Source: an uncultured Ignavibacteriales bacterium (GTDB taxonomy: Bacteria > Zixibacteria > MSB-5A5 > GN15 > FEB-12). Taken from it: a stretch of 64,000 nucleotides of DNA. The stretch is taken from the NCBI GenBank assembly GCA_964540105.1, contig CAZILL010000001.1:1290063-1354062 (forward strand), in the 5' to 3' direction. Below are positions 55,015 to 64,000 of the stretch, piece by piece; positions within the stretch are counted from its first letter, which is position 1; the number at the start of each line of letters is the position of its first letter. Position numbers and translations under genes: made by a program. Below the pieces are notes generated by a model that had not been told where the DNA came from, searched no databases, and was given only the letters and a program-made list of their open reading frames with translations.

Positions 55015-55629
55015 ATGACCAGACGCTCCAGCCGACTCAAGGCCATCTCCACCCTGAACTACGATCTCTTCTCTCACCACGCCCAGAGCGTGCCTGCTCC
55101 CGCCACGATGTACGCCCTGATACGGGAAGAAAGCCGCAAGACGCCCCTTGTAGCGCTGACCACATCATCCTTCGACTCCGACCAGCTCCCGACGGTCGCA
55201 GAACTATATCGCCTTTTTGACGAATTTAATCTCATGTACTTTCAAGGGCATCTCCCGCGCGTGCGGATCGCTTATTCCGAACGAATGGCTAGCGCCGGTT
55301 CTTACACGCCCGACCTTAAGCTGATCAAGATCGGTCGCAAATATCACAAGCTCTTCCCCGAGGATCTCAACGACACGCTCAAGCACGAGATGATTCACAT
55401 TATTCACTTGCACCATGGAGCGGCGTTCAAAGCAGAAGCGGCACGAATCGGTGCTACCCTCAAAGCCCGCTCACATCCTGAACTGCGGAAAACCCCGAAG
55501 TATCTCTATACATGTCCGTCCTGCGGCAAGGAGTACCCGCGTCAGAAACGACTGCGGATGGCTTCCTGCGGACCATGCTCGCGGGGACACTTTGAAGAAC
55601 GGTTCAAACTGCGTCTGGTCCGACGCTAA
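55015..55629 (+). CDS. SprT-like zinc metalloprotease domain protein
   Basis: It has an HExxH motif (LKHEMIHIIH) and a C-terminal zinc ribbon (CPSCG...CGPC). Confidence 0.75.
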   Translation: MTRRSSRLKAISTLNYDLFSHHAQSVPAPATMYALIREESRKTPLVALTTSSFDSDQLPTVAELYRLFDEFNLMYFQGHLPRVRIAYSERMASAGSYTPDLKLIKIGRKYHKLFPEDLNDTLKHEMIHIIHLHHGAAFKAEAARIGATLKARSHPELRKTPKYLYTCPSCGKEYPRQKRLRMASCGPCSRGHFEERFKLRLVRR

Positions 55630-55641
55630 TCCCGCCTATGG

Positions 55642-55920
55642 TCATTCACCTGCAGCTGTGTCAGCCAACTCGTCAGCCATTTGTGTGAGCTCCTGAATGA
55701 GCGGCGTGCACGAGACGAGCGCTGCCAGATTTCCGTCCTCCGTAAAGTACCGGATAAGCCTCAGAAGAACCACCTGCGGGTTCCCCGCACAACTTACAAT
55801 GTGCCCGGCAGGAGACACACCCAACCCTGCCTTACGTGCTTGTCGAAGCGCTTTCTGCTCCCCGACAAGCTCTGTCTGTTTTCGAATCGCCTGCTCGAAC
55901 ATTTTCAGATAAGTTTCCAT
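55642..55920 (-). CDS. Hypothetical small protein (92 aa)
   Basis: This is an open frame with plausible composition. I recognise no family, and coding status is not certain. Confidence 0.4.
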   Translation of the reverse strand: METYLKMFEQAIRKQTELVGEQKALRQARKAGLGVSPAGHIVSCAGNPQVVLLRLIRYFTEDGNLAALVSCTPLIQELTQMADELADTAAGE

Positions 55921-56101
55921 GGTTTCCCGTCCCCAAGAAATGACTTCTGTATCTAATATGACTATTATCGGAAAAAGCGTCGCTTTTGTGAGCAGACAAC
56001 AGGTGAGGCGTAACTACCTACAGCTACATGTGTTAGGTCGGTTAGTGCCCGTCCGCATGACAAGAAGTGGCAAATAATTCAGATTTTTTTCGAAGTGCGA
56101 C

Positions 56102-56129
56102 TTGACAACCGCCAAGAGGGACTTATACT
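56102..56129 (+). promoter_or_regulatory. Sigma70-like promoter upstream of rplM-rpsI
   Basis: TTGACA (56102-56107), 16 nt, then TATACT (56124-56129). Confidence 0.45.
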
Positions 56130-56177
56130 TAGGGTCTTTTATTAGGAGGAAGCCCAAACCTTACTTGGGGTAAATGT

Positions 56178-56612
56178 ATGAAAACGTTTCTGCCGAAAAT
56201 CGATCCGAATGGTCGGAAGTGGTATGTGTTGGATCTTCAGGGCGTCACCCTCGGTCGGGCGGCTGTCAAAGTGGCCACGATCTTGAGGGGCAAGGACAAA
56301 CCGATCTTCACGCCACACATCGACACAGGCGACCATGTGATCGCCATTAACGCCGGAGGTCTCAAGGTGACCGGCGGCTTCAAGGCCAAAGGGATGACCT
56401 ACTATCATTACAGTGGCTATCCGGGCGGGCTCAAGAGCATCAACTATGAGAATCTTATGAAGAAGAGGCCCAGTGACATCTTCAATATCGCGGTGCGACG
56501 CATGCTCCCCAAGACCAAGCTCGGCCGTCAGATGATCAAGAAACTCCATGTGTACCCAGGCAACGAGCATCCCCATGCCGCGCAAAAGCCCGAAGCAATG
56601 AAACTCAGCTGA
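56178..56612 (+). CDS. rplM: 50S ribosomal protein L13
   Basis: It has the MKTF...WYVLD...LGR start and the HTGYPGG-like block (HYSGYPGGLK). Confidence 0.97.
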   Translation: MKTFLPKIDPNGRKWYVLDLQGVTLGRAAVKVATILRGKDKPIFTPHIDTGDHVIAINAGGLKVTGGFKAKGMTYYHYSGYPGGLKSINYENLMKKRPSDIFNIAVRRMLPKTKLGRQMIKKLHVYPGNEHPHAAQKPEAMKLS

Positions 56613-56625
56613 TACTTAGGATTCT

Positions 56626-57018
56626 ATGCAGCAAAACACATATTCAGCGACAGGACGCCGGAAAGAAGCCGTAGCGAGAGTTCAGTTGATCCCCGGAAAA
56701 GGGAACTTCTCGGTAAACGGTAAACAGATTTCTGACTACCTCCAGCGCGAAACTCTCGTCAATCATGCCTGCGAGCCGCTTGAAGTGACCGAACTTATCG
56801 GGCGACTTGACGTCGAATGTTCGACGAACGGTGGCGGTAAGTCGGGGCAAGCGGGCGCAATTCGTCTGGCCGTAAGCCGTGCGCTCACTCTGTTCAATCC
56901 GGATTTTCGGCCCCTGTTACGCAGGAACGGTCTTATGACTCGCGATCCACGTGTCGTGGAACGCAAGAAATACGGGCGTCCGAAAGCTCGGAAACGCTTC
57001 CAGTACTCGAAGCGTTAA
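56626..57018 (+). CDS. rpsI: 30S ribosomal protein S9
   Basis: It has GRRKEAVARV near the start, GGGKSGQAGAIRLAVSRAL, and a C-terminus ending in YSKR. Confidence 0.97.
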   Translation: MQQNTYSATGRRKEAVARVQLIPGKGNFSVNGKQISDYLQRETLVNHACEPLEVTELIGRLDVECSTNGGGKSGQAGAIRLAVSRALTLFNPDFRPLLRRNGLMTRDPRVVERKKYGRPKARKRFQYSKR

Positions 57019-57147
57019 TAGATATCTTATCTCCGCTTGGACGGAGAAATAGCAGTTCCGGCTGACCTGCCCAGCGGTCCCGTCTCTTCGGGTTGTGGAT
57101 CAGGATTGAAGCCGGGGTGAAGAACAACCGTAAACGACAGGATCAGT

Positions 57148-57936
57148 ATGATCACACCCAAAATCAAAGAATTCCTCGAGGCTGGGGTACACTTCGGGCA
57201 CCAGACCCGTCGCTGGAATCCCAAGATGAAGCCGTTCATTTTTGCGGCTCGCAATGGCATTTATATCATTGACCTGCAGAAGACGCTTAACGCTCTGGAG
57301 CAGGCCAAGAAGAAAGTGCGCGAAGTCGTTGGTGGCGGCAAGTCGATCCTCTTTGTCGGAACCAAGAAACAGGCCCGCGAAGTCATCCTTGAACTCGCTC
57401 CCAAGTGTAACGGCTTTCATGTCACCGAGCGCTGGCTTGGCGGTATGCTCACGAATTTCAGCACCATCAAGAATTCTATCAAGAAGCTGAAAGATATCGA
57501 GCGGATGCGTGCCGACGGCACGTATGAGAAATTCACCAAGAAAGAGCGTTCGCGCCTCGACACCGAAGCCGGCAAACTGACAAAGACGCTCAGCGGTATC
57601 AAGGAAATGAACTTCCTGCCCGGACTGGTTGTCATTGTAGACGCGCGGAAAGAGAAGATCGCGGTGGCCGAAGCCAAGAAGCTCGGTATCCCGATCGTCG
57701 CGATTCTCGACACCAACGCCGATCCCGATCCGATCGATTTCCCCATCGCTGCCAACGACGATGCCATAAAATCAATTCGCGTTCTCCTGCGCGAACTTAT
57801 CGACTCTGCTGTCGATGCGCTCGGCTCCATGCCTCAGAACGCCGCCGAAGGGGCGGTCGAATCGGAACGCGCCATGCATCTCTCCACCTACACATCCGAG
57901 GAACCGCGCGGCGGTCATCGTCAGGAAGGAAACTAA
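57148..57936 (+). CDS. rpsB: 30S ribosomal protein S2
   Basis: It has LEAGVHFGHQTRRWNPKM and the ERWLGGMLTN block. Confidence 0.97.
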   Translation: MITPKIKEFLEAGVHFGHQTRRWNPKMKPFIFAARNGIYIIDLQKTLNALEQAKKKVREVVGGGKSILFVGTKKQAREVILELAPKCNGFHVTERWLGGMLTNFSTIKNSIKKLKDIERMRADGTYEKFTKKERSRLDTEAGKLTKTLSGIKEMNFLPGLVVIVDARKEKIAVAEAKKLGIPIVAILDTNADPDPIDFPIAANDDAIKSIRVLLRELIDSAVDALGSMPQNAAEGAVESERAMHLSTYTSEEPRGGHRQEGN

Positions 57937-57939
57937 TTC

Positions 57940-58533
57940 ATGGAAATATCTGCGCAAATGGTCAAAGAGCTCCGCGAAAAGACTGGAGCGGGGATGATGG
58001 ATTGCAAAAGCGCGCTGACGGAGAGCGCTGGCGACGTGGCCAAAGCTGCCTCTCTTCTTCGCGAGAAAGGAATAGCCAAGGCTGGATCGAAAGAAGGCCG
58101 GACGACTTCCGAGGGAATCATCGCAACCTATGTCCACCCGGGTGACAAGCTTGCGGTTATGGCTGAAATCAATTGCGAAACCGATTTCGTCGCCCGCACT
58201 GATCAGTTCCGGAATTTCGCTCGACTAGTTGCTATGCATATCGCGGCAACAGCGCCCGCTTGTGTGCGTCGTGAAGAGATCAACCCCGAGCTTGTCGCCA
58301 ATGAACGACAGATTTTCCGAAAACAGGCAGAGAACGAGGGGAAGCCGGCGGCGATTCTCGACAAAATCGTTGACGGGAAAATCGAGAAATACTACTCTGA
58401 AGTCGTCCTGATGGAACAGCCGTTCGTCAAAGACAACGACAAGACGGTTGCTGACCTGGTGAAAGAAACAATAGGTTCGCTGGGTGAGAACATCGTGATC
58501 AAGCGGTTCACCCGCTTTCGACTCGGCGAGTAG
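57940..58533 (+). CDS. tsf: Elongation factor Ts (short form)
   Basis: It has the VKELREKTGAGMMDCKSAL UBA-like N-terminus. Confidence 0.95.
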   Translation: MEISAQMVKELREKTGAGMMDCKSALTESAGDVAKAASLLREKGIAKAGSKEGRTTSEGIIATYVHPGDKLAVMAEINCETDFVARTDQFRNFARLVAMHIAATAPACVRREEINPELVANERQIFRKQAENEGKPAAILDKIVDGKIEKYYSEVVLMEQPFVKDNDKTVADLVKETIGSLGENIVIKRFTRFRLGE

Positions 58534-58536
58534 ATT

Positions 58537-59262
58537 ATGGAAGCGGACAGTCCAAAACCTGTCTACAAACGGATTCTTCTCAAGTTGTCCGGCGAGGCCC
58601 TCATGGGTCCCGGTGAATACGGCATTCACACGCCGACGGTAGAGTTCATTTGCCGTCAAGTCAAAGAAATCAAGGATCTCAATCTCGAAATCGGCCTCGT
58701 TGTCGGCGGGGGAAACATCTTCCGCGGTATGAATGCTGCTGAGCGCGGAATGGATCGCGTCACCGGCGACAACATTGGCATGCTGGCGACCGTCATGAAT
58801 TCCATGGCGTTAATGGATATGCTCGAAAAGATGGGGATCTACACGCGAGTCATGTCGGCTGTGAAAATGGAAGCTTTTGCCGAGCCATATATCCGCCGAC
58901 GCGCCGTCCGCCACATGGAAAAGGGGAGACTCGTTATTCTGGCCGGCGGTACCGGCAATCCGTTCTTCAGCACCGATACTGCCGCATCTCTGCGGGCCAT
59001 GGAAATCGGTGCGGAGCTGATGATTAAGGCCACGAACGTTGACGGCGTCTATTCGGCTGATCCGAAGAAAGACCCCGACGCCGTCTTCTACCCAAAATTG
59101 TCATATATGGATGTTCTTAGACAGGAATTGAGAGTGATTGACCTCACAGCCATCTCCCTGCTCAAAGATAATCACATTCCGGTCCGTGTGATCGATCTTA
59201 AATTGCCCGGCGTTCTCAAACGCGTGGTTACGGGAGCGGCTGTTGGAACCCTGATCAGTTGA
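58537..59262 (+). CDS. pyrH: UMP kinase
   Basis: It has YKRILLKLSGEAL and the VVGGGNIFRG blocks. Confidence 0.95.
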   Translation: MEADSPKPVYKRILLKLSGEALMGPGEYGIHTPTVEFICRQVKEIKDLNLEIGLVVGGGNIFRGMNAAERGMDRVTGDNIGMLATVMNSMALMDMLEKMGIYTRVMSAVKMEAFAEPYIRRRAVRHMEKGRLVILAGGTGNPFFSTDTAASLRAMEIGAELMIKATNVDGVYSADPKKDPDAVFYPKLSYMDVLRQELRVIDLTAISLLKDNHIPVRVIDLKLPGVLKRVVTGAAVGTLIS

Positions 59263-59296
59263 ACATACTGATCAGGAAAGGGAAGGAGCCTTTGAC

Positions 59297-59854
59297 ATGT
59301 TGGACGAAATCCTCAAACAGAGCAAAGAGAAAATGCACAAGACGGTTGAGGCCATTCACCGTGAATTGAATTCTGTTCGCACCGGCAAGGCCTCGATTCA
59401 TCTACTCGACGTCGTCCGGGTCGATGCGTACGGAACCTCTATGCCCCTCAATCAAGTCGGGAGTGTCTCATCTCCCGAGCCCCGGCTGGTCGTCGTACAG
59501 GCGTTCGACAAAACCGTGGTTGGTGAAATCGTCAAAGGGATCCAGAAGGCTGACCTTGGCCTGAATCCCATCGTCGACGGCACCCTGATTCGCGTCCCTA
59601 TACCGGCCCTCAACGAAGAGCGCCGCAAGGAGCTTGTCAAGCACTGCAAGCATATAGCCGAAGAGGGAAGAGTCGCGATTCGAAACATTCGTCGCGACGC
59701 CAACGATCATATCAAACGTGAGCTCAAGAACAAGAAGCTCTCAGAAGATCAGGACAAAGAGGGGCACGAAAAGACCCAGAAACTTACCGATGAGTATATT
59801 CGTCAGATTGACGACATGGTGACTCGAAAAGAATTCGAAGTCATGGAAGTCTGA
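59297..59854 (+). CDS. frr: Ribosome recycling factor
   Basis: 185 aa, with RTGKASIHLLD and IRNIRRDAND blocks. Confidence 0.95.
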   Translation: MLDEILKQSKEKMHKTVEAIHRELNSVRTGKASIHLLDVVRVDAYGTSMPLNQVGSVSSPEPRLVVVQAFDKTVVGEIVKGIQKADLGLNPIVDGTLIRVPIPALNEERRKELVKHCKHIAEEGRVAIRNIRRDANDHIKRELKNKKLSEDQDKEGHEKTQKLTDEYIRQIDDMVTRKEFEVMEV

Positions 59855-59916
59855 AGCACGCACGACGGAAGGGCTTTCGTGACCGAGGTGCCGCCCGAAG
59901 TCACTCCACCTGCGGC

Positions 59917-60357
59917 CTAAGCCGGATAAGAGCCGTCGATATACTGGCGCAGGTATCTGTTCTCAACAACAATGTCCTCCATCTGCGTCTTGACAATGTC
60001 GCCTACTGACACCAATCCAACCAACTCCCCCCCGTCGAGGATCGGAATGTGGCGAATATGATTGGTGGTCATCAACCCCGCGATGTAACTGATTTCATCC
60101 CCAAGTAAACCTACGATCACATTCGTCGTCATGAGATCCCCGATTGTCACGTCCTGAAAATGCCCGCGGTCATCATACAGCCGCTTGAAGATATCTTTGT
60201 CACTGATCATCCCCATCAACTGCCCTTCTTCGTCAAGAACCGGCAAGCAGCTGATTCGATTGTTGATCATCAGCTCCATAGCGAGAAATACCGGCATCGG
60301 AACTTTACCGGTAATCAGCTGACCACGCTTAGTCCTTAGAATCTCCCGCACTACCAT
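59917..60357 (-). CDS. CBS-pair domain protein
   Basis: 146 aa with two CBS motifs (ISCLPVLDEEGQLMGMISDKDI and IRHIPILDGGELVGLVSVGDI). Confidence 0.85.
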   Translation of the reverse strand: MVVREILRTKRGQLITGKVPMPVFLAMELMINNRISCLPVLDEEGQLMGMISDKDIFKRLYDDRGHFQDVTIGDLMTTNVIVGLLGDEISYIAGLMTTNHIRHIPILDGGELVGLVSVGDIVKTQMEDIVVENRYLRQYIDGSYPA

Positions 60358-60505
60358 CTTCGATCCTCCTTGCCAGCGGTGCCATCAGATCGCGCCGGTC
60401 ACAAGCCCGAAATATCTATTGAGAGCATCCCCCATCTGTCGTATGTTGAACTCGAGCATCCGGCCTGTTCGGTTGTCACTATATGATACACTAGATAGAC
60501 CCGTT

Positions 60506-61168
60506 ATGTCAAGAAAAAACGCCCCCTCGACCATCCTCTTCAGCCTATGGTTCGTTGCCTCTCTCGCCATTCTGGCCACTGCCGCTGCCGACCCGATCCT
60601 CAGCTTCTACTGGACCCGCGCACATTCGGTGTTTGCAGCCGCCAACCCGATGAGCGCCGGCACCCACTACTCGTTTGTGGCTCGAACCTATGACAAGCGT
60701 TTCCATGATCGGGGCGGGTTTACCCTCAGCGACAGTGTCATCGTCCGATATTTCTTCAGCTTCGGGACTCTCGACTCTTCACACACTGTTGCAGGCAATC
60801 CACGCAAATTCCCCACTGTCGATCTTTCCATTCCGGACCTGTTCGATAGCTCCTATGTGCTGAACTCGTTTCCCAACGATACCGGCGGACCCCTTCTGCC
60901 GATCGGATTCGATAGCGACTTGCCGAACGATCCCCGCCCCGTCGGTTTGGCCGAACTAGATCGCTCGCGCTACGTTCCACGCTGGCTCTACCTCTACTAC
61001 CCGTCGAAAAGCGGTTATCGTCGCTACACTCGTTCCTTTCGCTTCATTGAGCATCAGGGGTTGTTATTCGCCGATTCCATCTGGGAAGTCTCCACCCGTG
61101 ACGGCCTGCTCTTCACTACCAACCGTCGCCTTGAAACGGGAATCACCGACATCACCGTGTATCACTGA
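60506..61168 (+). CDS. Hypothetical secreted protein
   Basis: A signal-like N-terminus (MSRKNAPSTILFSLWFVASLAILATAAA) starts from the ATG at 60506. I recognise no family. The ORF-track start at 60419 is discounted. Confidence 0.5.
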   Translation: MSRKNAPSTILFSLWFVASLAILATAAADPILSFYWTRAHSVFAAANPMSAGTHYSFVARTYDKRFHDRGGFTLSDSVIVRYFFSFGTLDSSHTVAGNPRKFPTVDLSIPDLFDSSYVLNSFPNDTGGPLLPIGFDSDLPNDPRPVGLAELDRSRYVPRWLYLYYPSKSGYRRYTRSFRFIEHQGLLFADSIWEVSTRDGLLFTTNRRLETGITDITVYH

Positions 61169-61245
61169 TTGCTTCGTTTTCAGAGTCGGCTTCGCGACGT
61201 CAATTACCTTGCATCCCTCTGCCGCGAATCATACTTTACTCCACC

Positions 61246-62013
61246 ATGATTGCCGACAGTGAGAAATTGAAGTCGCTGGTTCTGACTACGCCAGACCGAA
61301 TCCCAACGCACGTGGCCATCATCATGGATGGTAACGGTCGATGGGCAGCCCAGCGTAACAAACCGCGCACCTTTGGTCACGAGGCTGGAGTCAAGGCGGT
61401 TAAGGAAGTTGTCAAAGCTTCCTCCGAGCTGGGCATTAAGTATCTCACACTCTACACTTTTTCAATCGAAAATTGGAGCCGACCAAAAGACGAAATCGAC
61501 GCCCTGATGTCACTCCTTTCCCGCACAACCCGCCGCGAACTGAAAGAACTGATCAAGAACGACGTGAAACTGATCACGACCGGGCGTATCAGCGGTCTGT
61601 CCGCTCTTCGTCGTACCGTGCTTGCCGACGCCGTCCGCAGGACTCGTGACAACAAAGGACTGGTGCTGAATCTCGCGCTCAACTATGGGGGTCGGACAGA
61701 AATCCTCGATGCCGTTAAGGCCATCGGCAACGCGATCAAGGCTGGCATGATCCATGTTCACGACATTGATGAGGAGCTCTTTTCGAATTTTCTCTACACC
61801 GCTACCCTTCCGGATCCCGATCTTCTAATTCGCACCTCGGGCGAAATGCGCATCTCGAATTTTCTGCTGTGGCAGACAAGTTACACCGAGCTGTATATCA
61901 TCGACACCCTTTGGCCCGACTTCGGTCGACGTGAGCTCTTCGAAGCCGTTCGAGAGTATCAGGGGAGAGAGCGGCGTTTCGGCAAGGTGCTCCCCAAAAG
62001 GGTCTGCGAATGA
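61246..62013 (+). CDS. uppS: Ditrans,polycis-undecaprenyl-diphosphate synthase (isoprenyl transferase)
   Basis: It has HVAIIMDGNGRWA and the RTSGEMRISNFLLWQ blocks. Confidence 0.95.
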   Translation: MIADSEKLKSLVLTTPDRIPTHVAIIMDGNGRWAAQRNKPRTFGHEAGVKAVKEVVKASSELGIKYLTLYTFSIENWSRPKDEIDALMSLLSRTTRRELKELIKNDVKLITTGRISGLSALRRTVLADAVRRTRDNKGLVLNLALNYGGRTEILDAVKAIGNAIKAGMIHVHDIDEELFSNFLYTATLPDPDLLIRTSGEMRISNFLLWQTSYTELYIIDTLWPDFGRRELFEAVREYQGRERRFGKVLPKRVCE

Positions 62014-62888
62014 GCCATAAGCTGGTTGCCCGCATTTCCGTTGCTGTCGTAGCCATCCCCGCGATCCTCTGGGTCTCTTCTCGGGGATCAATCTGGCTCT
62101 TTGGCATGGTGACCCTCTTGGCGCTTGTTGCCATGTACGAGTTTCTTTCGAACGAAGGGCACGCGATGACCAGTCTCTTCTTCTGGATGGCAATTGCTTC
62201 CGTTGTTTCCAGCATGCTCGTTGCTGTCACGATCGTGCCATTCCATTCTTCGAACTCTCTCCATCTGGACAGCGCACCTCCGTTCTTTTTCTCGAACGCC
62301 CCTATTCCCCTCCTCTTCTTTCTGCTCACTGGGCTCATTCTTGCCCTTGGGAGACAAACTCCAGTCGAACTGTTCTCGACCCACGCACGATTGACATGGG
62401 GAGTAACATATGTCGCGCTGCTCTATCCATTCGTCTACGCGCTCGGCAATGACCCTGCTCTTGGATGGAAAGTCGCACCAGCAACCGGCGGGGATCTGCT
62501 CTGGTTGCTCTATGCGATCCTTTGGGTCGGCGACACGGCCGCGATGGGGATCGGCGCCTGGCTCGGGCGCCATCAGCTCGCGCCCGGTGTTTCACCCCGC
62601 AAGTCCGTTGAGGGTTTTCTCGGAGGAATCGTCGGAAGCCTTGTGGCCGCCGCGCTTGTCTATCTCTGGAAATTCAACCACCTTCCATTCCTGAATATCA
62701 TTGCGCTTGCCCTCGGGTGTTCCGTTGTCGGCCAGCTGGGGGACCTCGTCGAATCGATGTGGAAGCGTTCTCTCGGGATCAAAGATTCCTCGAGCCTCAT
62801 CCCCGGGCACGGGGGGGTACTGGATCGCTTCGATTCCCTGCTCTTCGCCGCGCCCTTTATGTATGTCTGCGTTTGGTACTACTTCTAG
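62010..62888 (+). CDS. cdsA: Phosphatidate cytidylyltransferase
   Basis: It has the signature SMWKRSLGIKDSSSLIPGHGGVLDRFDS. It overlaps the uppS stop by 4 nt. Confidence 0.88.
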   Translation: MSHKLVARISVAVVAIPAILWVSSRGSIWLFGMVTLLALVAMYEFLSNEGHAMTSLFFWMAIASVVSSMLVAVTIVPFHSSNSLHLDSAPPFFFSNAPIPLLFFLLTGLILALGRQTPVELFSTHARLTWGVTYVALLYPFVYALGNDPALGWKVAPATGGDLLWLLYAILWVGDTAAMGIGAWLGRHQLAPGVSPRKSVEGFLGGIVGSLVAAALVYLWKFNHLPFLNIIALALGCSVVGQLGDLVESMWKRSLGIKDSSSLIPGHGGVLDRFDSLLFAAPFMYVCVWYYF

Positions 62889-63800
62889 ATGAAGCTACTC
62901 GACTTCATCTGTGCCGCTCGTCCGATGCTTCATGTGCCGCTCTGGTCTGTCTATCTCGTATCGCTGCACTATCATTCCGCACTGTCTGGTGACCGATTCC
63001 AGATGCAGGATTTCCGCCTCATGCTCTCACTCAGCCTGCTTTGGACAGGCGCCTGTTATGTAAATCAGGTCTATGACCAGCGAACCGACCTTATCAACGA
63101 TAAACTGAAGTTTCTCCAGCTTGGGCTGATCTCTGAGCGGCAGATGATGCTCGGGTCTCTTGCTGCTTCCATCGCTGGTGTGCTGTCCATGGCCCTTGTC
63201 TCGATCACCGCACTTGCGATGGCTCTTCAGTTCTTCTTGCTTGGGTATCTTTATTCGGCCCCCCCGTGGCGGTTGAAGGATCGTCCACTCTGGGGGATGG
63301 TCGTCAACGCCTACGGTTGCGGTTTCCTGGTTTCATGCCTGGTCATGCCGGAACTAAGTATCGACAACTCCGGACTGCTCGGGTGGGACAATCCGTTCTA
63401 TTTCTCCTGCACAATAGGCGCGGTCTATGCTCTCACGACGATCGTTGATCGCGCCGGGGATGTTGCCGTCGCCAAGAGAACACTCGCCGTTTCTCTCGGT
63501 CGAATCGGAGCTCTCGTTGCCGCCTGGATTCTTCTAAGTACTAGTCTGTACCTCGCCTATGGCTCACAGTTTTTGTTACTCCAGATTCTTTCCATAGCCG
63601 CCTTGATTCTGTTGCTGCTGTGTACAGTCTGGAATTCCCCCCCGCTCCTCGGTCTGGCCATCAAAGTTCCGATCCTTCTGCTCACGCTGATGGCCGGTTA
63701 TTTCTACCCCAGCTACCTCGTCTTTATGGTTGTCCTGGTTGTCGGCGTCCGCCTATACTACCGGAAACGGTTTCGAATGACTTATCCCGAGTTGGTTTGA
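62889..63800 (+). CDS. UbiA-superfamily membrane prenyltransferase, substrate unknown
   Basis: It has about 8-9 TM helices and two Asp-rich motifs, NQVYDQRTDLINDK (NxxxDxxxD) and DRAGD. The ATG directly follows the cdsA TAG. Confidence 0.75.
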   Translation: MKLLDFICAARPMLHVPLWSVYLVSLHYHSALSGDRFQMQDFRLMLSLSLLWTGACYVNQVYDQRTDLINDKLKFLQLGLISERQMMLGSLAASIAGVLSMALVSITALAMALQFFLLGYLYSAPPWRLKDRPLWGMVVNAYGCGFLVSCLVMPELSIDNSGLLGWDNPFYFSCTIGAVYALTTIVDRAGDVAVAKRTLAVSLGRIGALVAAWILLSTSLYLAYGSQFLLLQILSIAALILLLLCTVWNSPPLLGLAIKVPILLLTLMAGYFYPSYLVFMVVLVVGVRLYYRKRFRMTYPELV

Positions 63801-64000
63801 TGAAGTCAATACTCATAACTCTTGCGTTCTCAGCGTTTTTCGTCAGCTGCACTCCGTACCCCCGGTACACAACCGACACACCCCGCACCCCCGAAGCATC
63901 GGAAGCAAATCTTCCGACCCATACTACAAACGATTACCTTCGCCTTGCGATGATTCTCCAGCAGTCCCTCGGACAACCATATCGCTACGCGTCAGCGACA
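63800..64000 (+). CDS. Lipoprotein, 3' end cut by window edge (possibly NlpC/P60-like)
   Basis: The ATG overlaps the upstream TGA. It has a lipobox (AFFVSC). The sequence LGQPYRYASAT loosely resembles the NlpC/P60 G.PYrwGG block. The frame is open to the window end. Confidence 0.4.
   Translation, partial: MKSILITLAFSAFFVSCTPYPRYTTDTPRTPEASEANLPTHTTNDYLRLAMILQQSLGQPYRYASAT

Noticed and set aside
56144-56180. An AGGAGG sequence lies about 29 nt upstream of the rplM ATG, with a small hairpin (CCCAA-N7-TTGGG) between them. This could be a structure-bridged Shine-Dalgarno sequence or an r-protein leader.
   Set aside because: The stem is only 5 bp. The arrangement is speculative and the L13 start is unambiguous without it.

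Overview
This is a densely coding chromosomal segment from a diderm (Gram-negative-type) bacterium. The likely source is an uncultivated lineage, but I cannot assign a taxon from sequence alone. I count about 57 protein genes and 2 tRNAs (Arg-TCT, Pro-TGG). I saw no rRNA, CRISPR array, transposase, integrase or phage genes. All family calls come from motif recognition by eye, with no BLAST or HMM run.

Content from left to right:
- The 3' end of a complex I operon: nuoL (cut by the window edge), nuoM, an embedded glutaredoxin-like gene, and nuoN.
- A secreted S8 protease, then purF.
- A catalytic-domain-less GAF-DHp protein, a secreted helical protein and an FAD oxidoreductase.
- A three-part protein combining a PqqD-like domain, an M50 protease and an HlyD adaptor. 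It is followed by a self-contained 25-codon micro-ORF transcription unit.
- A signalling block: STAS, RsbW-like kinase and membrane PP2C, then Nudix, a bactofilin-like/Omp85-like outer-membrane protein, a GAF-PAS histidine kinase and a Ser/Thr kinase with TPR repeats.
- A HybA-like FeS protein, an NrfD/HybB-like membrane protein and a 13-heme cytochrome c in one operon, with a promoter-overlapping 10-bp inverted repeat.
- rlmI and rlmN, two unknown envelope proteins, a Ctp protease, a degenerate signal-peptidase-like protein, a HAD phosphatase, ogt and an M29 aminopeptidase.
- A second S8 protease.
- A type IV pilus block: FimT/GspH-like pilin, pilM, pilN, pilO, an AMIN-linker-PilP fusion and pilQ. 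A Big_1 Ig-like lipoprotein follows.
- An acyl-CoA ligase, mtnA and a SprT-like protein.
- The conserved rplM-rpsI and rpsB-tsf-pyrH-frr ... uppS-cdsA housekeeping block, followed by a UbiA-family prenyltransferase.

The best candidate for something undescribed is the PqqD-like/M50/HlyD fusion together with the adjacent strongly signalled micro-ORF (12.6-15.3 kb). The other findings are unusual domain or gene arrangements rather than clear new systems.
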